The notes under the pieces are model-generated. The model saw only the letters and a list, made by a program, of their open reading frames with translations, was not told the DNA's origin and made no database searches. Of a stretch of 57,671 nucleotides of DNA, positions 38,821-45,876 are shown in pieces. The translations under genes were made by a program, and so were the position numbers. Position 1 is the stretch's first letter; each line of letters begins with the position of its first letter. The DNA lies in NCBI GenBank assembly GCA_949284575.1, contig CASDWO010000026.1:1-57671 (forward strand), given 5' to 3'. This DNA is from an uncultured bacterium. GTDB taxonomy: Bacteria > Bacillota_I > Bacilli_A > RF39 > UBA660.

Positions 38821-38910
38821 TATTTTAATGGCTATTACCAATATGGCAAGGCTTAAAATAATAAAAGCAAGAGACTTTAAAAGTCTTAATATAAAAGCTT
38901 TGATTTTCAC
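38818..38910 (-). CDS. candidate type I toxin, 30-aa hydrophobic peptide (MKIKAFILRLLKSLAFIILSLAILVIAIKI)
   Basis: GTG start 8 nt after aaaggagg. Minus-strand promoter TTGCTA-17-TACTAT (39005-38977). The 5' UTR segment ctcctt can pair with aaggag, occluding the RBS. The ORF is conserved in copy B. Confidence 0.55.
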   Translation of the reverse strand: MKIKAFILRLLKSLAFIILSLAILVIAIKI

Positions 38911-39060
38911 TTTTATCAAGCCTCCTTTCATAAGTTGGAAGGAGACGACACTCATATTGAAATGTTCCTTATAAATATAGTATCAAATTAAATTTTGTAT
39001 AGCAAGAGAAAATGTAGTAAATTAGGCGAATTTTCGTAAATGTATTTCTATTTTTATATA

Positions 39061-39091
39061 TTGACTCTCTAGTTAACTGTAATGTTAAAGT
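39061..39091 (+). promoter_or_regulatory. MerR-type promoter with a 19-bp spacer, upstream of the merR-like operon
   Basis: TTGACT, 19 nt (ctctAGTTAACTgtaatgt, palindromic core AGTTAACT), TAAAGT. A near-identical copy lies at 40809-40839. Confidence 0.65.
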
Positions 39092-39321
39092 AGCAGTGAA
39101 GGGAGGAAAATATTATAGATAGTGATACTAAAATAAAGATAGTGCAACTTAAGATGCTTAAGATGTTATTATTGTTATTAAGGGATGAACTTGAAAGAGA
39201 AGATTATATTGTTAAGGAAACTGTAAAAGAAGAACAAAAGGTGCTAGTTTTGACCAGAAAGTTTAGAGGTAAATCTATTAAAGTTCTTTAAATTGTAGTA
39301 TGATATTTATGAAAGGTACTG

Positions 39322-39711
39322 ATGCTTATGCTGTATAGGATTGGTGAGTTTTCTAAACTTACTGGTATTCCAATTAGAACTCTTAGGTATTATGATAGTA
39401 TAGATTTGTTTAAACCTAGTGAAGTTGATTTGTTTACTAGTTATAGATATTATAAAGAAGAACAAGTTAAAGATTTAGAACTTATTAATGAGTTAAAAGA
39501 AGTGGGTTTTACTTTAGAAGAGATTAGAGATAATTGGAATAATTTTAGTGAAGAATTATTTCTTAAAAGAAAAGAGAAATTATTGGAAGAGATTAAACTT
39601 AAAAATGAAGCGATTAAGAAAACAGATATTTTAAGAAGTAAACTTAAAGATGGTAAGATAACAGATAAAATTATAGATAAAGAAATTATTAAGAAGAAAT
39701 CAATATTTTAG
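39322..39711 (+). CDS. MerR family transcriptional regulator (short, coiled-coil C-terminus only)
   Basis: YRIGEFSKLTGIPIRTLRYYDSIDLFKP...YRYY is the canonical MerR HTH and wing. 129 aa. Confidence 0.9.
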   Translation: MLMLYRIGEFSKLTGIPIRTLRYYDSIDLFKPSEVDLFTSYRYYKEEQVKDLELINELKEVGFTLEEIRDNWNNFSEELFLKRKEKLLEEIKLKNEAIKKTDILRSKLKDGKITDKIIDKEIIKKKSIF

Positions 39712-39726
39712 GAAAGGTGATGTTTT

Positions 39727-40755
39727 ATGAAAAATACAAATTTAATAATTGGAGAAGTTAATACTTATAAGACTACTGGTGTTATGTTTAATGAAGTAAT
39801 AAACTCTATTAAAAATGGAGAAAATTTATTAATTTTAGATAATAAAAATGAATACTTTGGTACCTTTAAGAGTGAACTTGATAAGAATAATTATAATACA
39901 TTGGTTTTTAATTTAGATGATGCTTATAAAAGTAATAGTTTTAATCCTTTAATACTACCTCATAAATATTATAAAGAAGGTAATAAGGATAAAGCAGTGG
40001 AAATGATTAAAGAACTTGGACTTGAAATATTTAAGACTGATAATCATTATATTGATCCTTTTTGGGAAAATAGTGCAGCAGATTATTTTATGGCTTTAGT
40101 TTTAATACTATTTAAAGAAGGAAAAGAAGAAGAGATTAATTTAGGTAGTATTCAGGTTATGATTAATAAAAACGATAAGATTACTAAGTACTTTGATAGT
40201 TTAGATGTTCTTGATTCTATCTATATTGCAGGAAGTACTACTGTTTATGCACCTGTTGAGACTAGAGATAGTATTCTTTCTGTAATGAAACAAAAACTAA
40301 ATGAGTTTTGTGTAAGAGAAATGTTACTTAATAATTTATTAGGTAATGATATTGATTTATCTAATATAAAAGAGAAAACTGCTATATTTATTATTGGTAA
40401 TGAAAAGATTAATAGGTTAGGTAATATTTTAATTGATGAGTTAGTTAATATTTCAATAGACAATAATATCTTGTTTACCTTTTTCTTAGATGGTCTATGT
40501 GATGTACCTGTTATTTTAGAGTTTAATAGAATATTAGATAAGAAAATGAGATTATTTGTAACAGTTCGTTCTTTAGAAGAGTTAGAAAATAAATATGGTA
40601 AGTATATAATGGGTAAATTTGATAATTGTGTTAAAAGTGTTGATGTTGTTGATAAAGATAATTTAATAAACATTGGTAACTCTAAAGATTATCCTGAATC
40701 TAAAGTTAATAAAGGTGTATATTTTAATATTGAAGAGCTTGTAAATAAATTTTAA
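39727..40755 (+). CDS. soluble TraG/VirD4 (type IV coupling protein)-like protein with degenerate NTPase motifs
   Basis: Collinear with the T4CP NBD core: NLIIGEVNTYKTTG (Walker A position, second Gly replaced by Tyr), LLILDNKNEY, SFNPL, DPFWENSAADYF..L.LIL, and FFLDGLCD (Walker B position, DE replaced by DG). No TM segments. Confidence 0.55.
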   Translation: MKNTNLIIGEVNTYKTTGVMFNEVINSIKNGENLLILDNKNEYFGTFKSELDKNNYNTLVFNLDDAYKSNSFNPLILPHKYYKEGNKDKAVEMIKELGLEIFKTDNHYIDPFWENSAADYFMALVLILFKEGKEEEINLGSIQVMINKNDKITKYFDSLDVLDSIYIAGSTTVYAPVETRDSILSVMKQKLNEFCVREMLLNNLLGNDIDLSNIKEKTAIFIIGNEKINRLGNILIDELVNISIDNNILFTFFLDGLCDVPVILEFNRILDKKMRLFVTVRSLEELENKYGKYIMGKFDNCVKSVDVVDKDNLINIGNSKDYPESKVNKGVYFNIEELVNKF

Positions 40756-40808
40756 AATAATTTATGGAAGTAGAATTTATCTGCTTCTTTTCTTATGCGA
40801 AAAAACTA

Positions 40809-40839
40809 TTGACTCTCCAGTTAACTGTAATGTTATGCT
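40809..40839 (+). promoter_or_regulatory. MerR-type promoter with a 19-bp spacer, upstream of the ABC exporter
   Basis: TTGACT, 19 nt (ctccAGTTAACTgtaatgt), TATGCT. 28 of 31 positions are identical to 39061-39091. Confidence 0.65.
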
Positions 40840-40871
40840 TAAGTTGTAAATCTTTTTGAAGGGGGAGTTTG

Positions 40872-42611
40872 ATGAAAAAGATTAAAAATAATTTTAAAGA
40901 ATTGAAGACAAATTTAAAGATGAGTTGGTATTTTGTTAAGGAGGAGAAACTATATTTTGTACTACTTGCTATTTTATCATTAGTACTTGCAGGGATAGGT
41001 TTTATTTTACCTTTGTTTTCTGCACAGTTACTTTTAAAACTTACAGATGGATTATTAAAAGACTTGATGTTAGTGGCAATTATTATATTCTTTATAGAGA
41101 TATTTAGAAATATAGTAGCATATTTCTTTAGAAGAATTTTTGAACTTTATTCTATAAAAGCTACTACAAATGCACAAATTAAAATGTTTGAAGAGACATT
41201 GAAAATTAAAACATCAGAGTTAGAAGATAATACTACAGGAATGTTTGTTGATAGAATTAATAATGATACAGAAGAGATAATTAATACTTTTTCGCAGTTG
41301 TGTTCTGTTACTATAAATATTATTTCTAATATAGGTGTTTTTCTAGCAGTGTTTGTTATAAATAAATATATGTTTTTATATTTTGTGATCTCTTTTATAA
41401 TTATAGTTATAATAGAGACTAAGAGAACAAATATTTATTATGAGAGAACTAAAAAAATGCGATTAATTAGTGAGAAGAAAACTGGTCTTATATCAGAGAT
41501 AGTTAGAGGATTACAAGATATTAAATTATTAAATGCTCAGTCTGGTATATTAAAGAAAACAAGAAAACAACTACAAGATATTAATGATGAAAGAATAGGT
41601 ATTGTTAAAGTGACATCTAATTTTCAATTTATTTCAGGAAGTGTAAGTGATTTATTTGATGTTATATTTTTTGCATTAGGTAGTTTACTTGTTTATTTAA
41701 ATAGTCTTACTATTGCTAACTTTGTTATTTTATATACGTATAAGTCTAGAATAGATAATTTATTAAATTTCTATAATAGTTTTAATATGTATGTTAAGAA
41801 TTTTAATTTGAGTGCTACAAGAGTATTTGAAGTTATAGGAGATACTTTTGATAAAGAAAGTGATAAAGGTAAAAGAATAGATAAATTAAATGGAAAAATA
41901 GAGTTTGAAGATGTCTCTTTTGCTTATGATAAAGATAATGTTTTAAATAATATAAGTTTTACTATTAATAAAGGGGAAAGAATAGGTTTTGTTGGTAGTT
42001 CTGGTAGTGGAAAAAGTACTATATTTAAATTATTAACTAAGTTATATTCATTAAATGAAGGAAAGATATTAATTGATGGAGAAGATATTAATAATATTTC
42101 TAATAAGTCATTAAGAAAAAATATATCTTTAATTTCGCAAAGTCCTTATATATTTAATTTCTCAGTATTAGATAATTTAAAAATAGGAAATTTAGATGCT
42201 TCCAATGATGAAGTTAAAGAGACTTGTAAGAAGGCAGATATTTATGATGTAATTATGGATCTTGATGATAAATTTAATACTTTTGTTGGTGAAGGGGGAG
42301 TGATGTTAAGTGGTGGTGAAAAACAAAGACTTGCTATTGCTAGAACTCTTTTAAAGAAAAGTAATATTATTCTTTTTGATGAAGCGACAAGTGCTTTAGA
42401 TAGTGTTACTCAAGATAAAGTTCAGAAAGCTATATATGGATTAGATAAAGATAAAACAATATTAATTATTGCACATAGATTATCTACTGTTAATAAATGT
42501 GATAGAATAGTAGTTGTAGATGACGGGAATATTGTTGATATTGGTACACATAAAGAATTATATAAAAGATGTAGTAAGTATAGAGAATTATATGATTGTG
42601 AAATAGCTTAA
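40872..42611 (+). CDS. ABC exporter, fused permease/ATP-binding protein
   Basis: Six-TM domain. Walker A GSSGSGKST, LSGGEKQR, ILFDEATSALD and AHRL. ATG 40872 follows aagggggag. Confidence 0.9.
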   Translation: MKKIKNNFKELKTNLKMSWYFVKEEKLYFVLLAILSLVLAGIGFILPLFSAQLLLKLTDGLLKDLMLVAIIIFFIEIFRNIVAYFFRRIFELYSIKATTNAQIKMFEETLKIKTSELEDNTTGMFVDRINNDTEEIINTFSQLCSVTINIISNIGVFLAVFVINKYMFLYFVISFIIIVIIETKRTNIYYERTKKMRLISEKKTGLISEIVRGLQDIKLLNAQSGILKKTRKQLQDINDERIGIVKVTSNFQFISGSVSDLFDVIFFALGSLLVYLNSLTIANFVILYTYKSRIDNLLNFYNSFNMYVKNFNLSATRVFEVIGDTFDKESDKGKRIDKLNGKIEFEDVSFAYDKDNVLNNISFTINKGERIGFVGSSGSGKSTIFKLLTKLYSLNEGKILIDGEDINNISNKSLRKNISLISQSPYIFNFSVLDNLKIGNLDASNDEVKETCKKADIYDVIMDLDDKFNTFVGEGGVMLSGGEKQRLAIARTLLKKSNIILFDEATSALDSVTQDKVQKAIYGLDKDKTILIIAHRLSTVNKCDRIVVVDDGNIVDIGTHKELYKRCSKYRELYDCEIA

Positions 42612-42674
42612 CATAGCTTAAATTTATTATCAGAAACATTTGCATAAATGTAATAATTATGATATAGTGTATAT

Positions 42675-42788
42675 GTAAGAAAAATTTTCATACAATATAA
42701 AAAGAGGAACAATTCAATTCGTCGAGTGAATGTCGCCTCCAAAGATTGGTTTTGACACTCAAACATTATTTGTTGAGTGTCGTTTTTA
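42675..42788 (+). ncRNA. candidate antitoxin sRNA, copy B
   Basis: TTGCAT (42640-45), 17 nt, TATAGT (42663-68). Terminator gacactcaa/ttgagtgtc followed by T5. Confidence 0.5.
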
Positions 42789-42878
42789 TATTTTTATAGC
42801 TACTACCAATATGGTAAGGCTTAAAATAATAAAAGCAAAAGACTTTAAAAGTCTTAATATAAAAGTTTTGATTTTCAC
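42786..42878 (-). CDS. candidate type I toxin, 30-aa hydrophobic peptide (MKIKTFILRLLKSFAFIILSLTILVVAIKI)
   Basis: Same frame, length and RBS as copy A, with 4 conservative substitutions and the ORF kept open. Confidence 0.55.
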   Translation of the reverse strand: MKIKTFILRLLKSFAFIILSLTILVVAIKI

Positions 42879-43037
42879 TTTTATCAAGCCTCCTTTCATA
42901 TGTTGAAAGGAGACGACACTCATATTGAAATGTTCCTTATAAATATAGTATCAAATTAATTTCTGTATAGCAAGATAAGATGTAATAAATTAGTTACGAG
43001 TTTTCGTAATATTAGATGTGTTAAGGTAGTGATATTT

Positions 43038-43928
43038 ATGATTCTTTTTGTAAGTGGTAGATGTGATATAGTAGCATTCTATACTCCTTGGTTTATGAAT
43101 AGATTAAAAGAAGGATTTGTAGATGTTAGAAATCCTTTTTATAAGAAACAGGTTAGTAGAATATACTTTAATGATGTAGATTTAATCTACTTTTGTACTA
43201 AGAATCCTAGACCTATTGTTCCTTACTTAAAAGAGATAAATAAGCCTATACTATTTAATGTTACGATTACTCCTTATAAAAGAGATATTGAACCTAATGT
43301 ATTAGATAAAGATAAAATAATTGAAAGTGTTATAGAAATATCTAAAATAATTGGTGCTGATAATATTTATGTTAGATATGATCCTATATTTTTAAGTGAT
43401 ACGTATAATTTAGATTATCATATTAAAGCATTTGATAGACTTTGTAATTTGCTTAATGGTTATGTTAAACATATTATAGTATCTTTTATAGATGATTATA
43501 AAAATGTTAGAAAAAATATGGGTGTCTTAAGAGTTAAACCTTTTACCAGTGAAGATTATAAAACAATAGGGACATCTTTTAGTTCTATTGCAAGTAATTA
43601 TAATATGACAGTACAAACTTGTTTTGAAAAAGAAAATCTTGTAGAGTATGGTTTTATTAAAGGGGATTGTTTAGGCGTAGAACTTGCTAGTAAATTAACT
43701 GGTAAGACTAAGTTTAAGAAAAGTAGAATTAGAAAAGGTGGACTTTGTAACTGTGTAGAAATGGTTGATATTGGATATTATAACTCTTGTAAACACTTTT
43801 GTAAGTACTGTTATGCTAATTATAGTGAGAGTGACGTTGTTAGTAATTCTATGAAACATAATGTAAATTCATCTTTACTTATTGGCGAGTTAGAAAAAGA
43901 TGATATAATAAAGGTAAGGAAAAATTGA
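43038..43928 (+). CDS. DUF1848 domain protein
   Basis: The N-terminus MILFVSGRCDIVAFYTPWFMNRLKEGFVDVRNPF matches the DUF1848 pattern (SxRTDIPAFYxxWFxNRLxxGY). C-terminal Cys cluster CNCVEMVDIGYYNSCKHFCKYCYAN. Confidence 0.75.
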   Translation: MILFVSGRCDIVAFYTPWFMNRLKEGFVDVRNPFYKKQVSRIYFNDVDLIYFCTKNPRPIVPYLKEINKPILFNVTITPYKRDIEPNVLDKDKIIESVIEISKIIGADNIYVRYDPIFLSDTYNLDYHIKAFDRLCNLLNGYVKHIIVSFIDDYKNVRKNMGVLRVKPFTSEDYKTIGTSFSSIASNYNMTVQTCFEKENLVEYGFIKGDCLGVELASKLTGKTKFKKSRIRKGGLCNCVEMVDIGYYNSCKHFCKYCYANYSESDVVSNSMKHNVNSSLLIGELEKDDIIKVRKN

Positions 43929-43949
43929 AATTGGTGTTAACAACGAGGT

Positions 43950-45167
43950 TTGTTGGAGGTGATGATCTTGAATAAGAATAAAATTCTTATAATAGCTGCT
44001 ATTTTTTTAATTATTATCTTAATTATTGCTTTAATTATTTATTTTAATACAAGAATAGTTGTTGATAATAGTGGCTTTACTTTAAAAGATGATCTTTCTG
44101 TTAATGTATATAGTGATGTATCTGTTAATGACTTTATTAAAAATATGGATGGTAAGATTGTTGATAATAATAAAATTAATACTAATAAGTTAGGTAAAGT
44201 AGAAGTAGAATTTATTTATTTAAATAGTGATGAAAGAAAGAGAAAAGGTACTTTTGAGGTTGAAGTTAAGGATTTGGAAGAGCCTTTAATATGGCTTGCT
44301 AATAGTTATAGTGTTAGAGTAGGAGAAGATGTAAATTTAGAAGATGAAATACTCTGTGCTGATAATTATGATAGTAATCCTAGCTGTAAAATTAAAGGAG
44401 ACTATGATTTAAATACTGCTGGAAACTATTCACTTGTTTATGAAGCAGAAGATAGTAGTGGTAATAAAGAAAGTATTAATTTTACTTTAAATGTTTATGA
44501 ACCTAAAGTTAATTCTGGTGGTTCTAATAATGAAGTTGTCTATACTGATTTTAAAGAAATACTAGATAAACATAAGAGTGATAATACTCTAGTTGGTATT
44601 GATGTTTCTAAGTGGCAAGGAGATATTGATTTTGCTAAAGTAAAAGAAGCAGGAGCAGAGTTTGTTATTATTAGAGTAGGTCATCAAAATGGTGTAGGAG
44701 GAGAATATGTACTTGACCCTTATTTTGAAGCAAATATTAAAAATGCTTTAGAAAATAATTTGGAGGTAGGTATTTACTTTTATTCTTATGCTGATAGTAA
44801 GAAAGAAGCTAGGAAACAGGCTAAGTGGGTTATTAAGCAAATAAATGATTATGATGTTTCTTTACCTGTTGCTTTTGATTTTGAGTCATTTACATCATTT
44901 AATAGTATGAATCTTAGTTTATTTGGTTTAAATGAAGTAGCTGAGTCTTATTTTTCTACTTTAGAAGATAAAGGCTATGATACCATGCTTTATGGTAGTA
45001 AGAATTATTTAAATGCTATTTGGAAATATAATAAAAATAAAGTATGGCTTGCTCATTATACAGATGAGACTGATTATTCTAAAGATTATATGATGTGGCA
45101 GTTATGTCAAGATGGGATTATTGATGGAATTAATGGTTTTGTTGATATAGATATTTTATATAAATAA
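43950..45167 (+). CDS. GH25 muramidase (lysozyme) with an N-terminal TM and an Ig-like domain
   Basis: GIDVSKWQGDIDFAKVKEAGAEFVIIRVG and ...YFYSYA..., then the WQLC... GH25 pattern. A DUF5011-like Ig segment precedes it. The start is ambiguous (43950-43968). Confidence 0.85.
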   Translation: MLEVMILNKNKILIIAAIFLIIILIIALIIYFNTRIVVDNSGFTLKDDLSVNVYSDVSVNDFIKNMDGKIVDNNKINTNKLGKVEVEFIYLNSDERKRKGTFEVEVKDLEEPLIWLANSYSVRVGEDVNLEDEILCADNYDSNPSCKIKGDYDLNTAGNYSLVYEAEDSSGNKESINFTLNVYEPKVNSGGSNNEVVYTDFKEILDKHKSDNTLVGIDVSKWQGDIDFAKVKEAGAEFVIIRVGHQNGVGGEYVLDPYFEANIKNALENNLEVGIYFYSYADSKKEARKQAKWVIKQINDYDVSLPVAFDFESFTSFNSMNLSLFGLNEVAESYFSTLEDKGYDTMLYGSKNYLNAIWKYNKNKVWLAHYTDETDYSKDYMMWQLCQDGIIDGINGFVDIDILYK

Positions 45168-45176
45168 TGGTATAAT
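45168..45176 (+). promoter_or_regulatory. extended -10 promoter element (TGgTATAAT) just upstream of the intron-like RNA
   Basis: TG at 45168-69 and TATAAT at 45171-76. No good -35 at 17 nt. Confidence 0.45.
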
Positions 45177-45192
45177 ATGACAAAAAAAGTGG

Positions 45193-45826
45193 GTGCGCCA
45201 GTTCGGTGTTTAATATATAGTCGGGTGGGAAACCGACATGGTAAGACCTAGCAAGTCGCCATTAGTTAGCCTTGGAGTCGAAGTCGTGAGATTAGATTTA
45301 AGCGTAGGTAAACGAGAATACGAGCCGTAATACGAAAGTGTGAAGCGATTCAGCCTCGTTAAATATAAATAGTGGTAGTCGATGTGTTCCACTTCACAGC
45401 AGACAATAACGGCGATATCGATAAGCGAGATATCGTGAGAGTGCCACCGGGGTCAATAGAGCATGGCGAGTATATCATTGATATATTAAGCATACCTGGG
45501 AGAACTTATAAATTCCTAATTCTAAACGGTTTAAAACACCAATAGTAACAGGTATGCCGAAGCAAGGTTTTGTAAACTAAGTAAGGCAAATGATTTATAA
45601 GTAGTCGGACTAGTTCATAGTAGCAAAGAAGGAAGTAATGACTCTGGAGCGAAGGGACTAGCATATAAGTCGATTTATATATGAAACAATGCTAATGTGC
45701 TAGATGCATTAAGCCAATGCAAAATGAATATATGAAATAACTTGAGTAGCAAATGGCTTATATGAAGAGCCGTATGCGAGAAAACCGCACGTACGGTTCT
45801 GTGAGGGGCGACAGACTTCCTCTCAC
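45193..45826 (+). ncRNA. ORF-less group II intron-like RNA (about 634 nt)
   Basis: 5' GTGCG. Domain V is gagccgtatgcgagaaaaccgcacgtacggttc (45767-45799). A domain VI-position hairpin gtgagggg/cctctcac lies at 45801-45826. EBS1 CCACTT (45389-94) is complementary to AAGTGG (45187-92). No RT/maturase ORF. G+C is clearly above the flanks. The 3' end is approximate. Confidence 0.85.
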
Positions 45827-45876
45827 TAAAGAAAGAAAGAGAGGTGGGGTCGAGTCGTCTACTCGACTGAAGAATA

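Larger units (their letters stand above)
38668..39039. repeat. 372-bp direct repeat, copy A (type I TA-like module)
   Basis: Aligns end to end with 42638-43009 (about 90% identity by eye, with a few 1-nt indels). Confidence 0.9.
42638..43009. repeat. 372-bp direct repeat, copy B (type I TA-like module)
   Basis: See copy A. The terminator arms changed in a compensatory way (gacactcTa/tAgagtgtc to gacactcAa/tTgagtgtc). Confidence 0.9.

Noticed and set aside
40245-40673. 142-aa minus-strand ORF
   Set aside because: It is antisense to the T4CP-like gene. Ser/Leu/Ile-rich composition is typical of antisense frames in AT-rich DNA, and there is no RBS.
45177-45192. ATG at 45177 (MTKKV...) as a 5' exon coding sequence interrupted by the intron
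   Set aside because: The ATG immediately follows the -10 hexamer, so it would precede the transcription start from that promoter. It has no RBS, and the spliced frame would encode only ~19 aa.
45210-45392. 60-aa minus-strand ORF
   Set aside because: It lies entirely inside domain I of the group II intron-like RNA on the opposite strand. It has no RBS and its composition reflects structured RNA.
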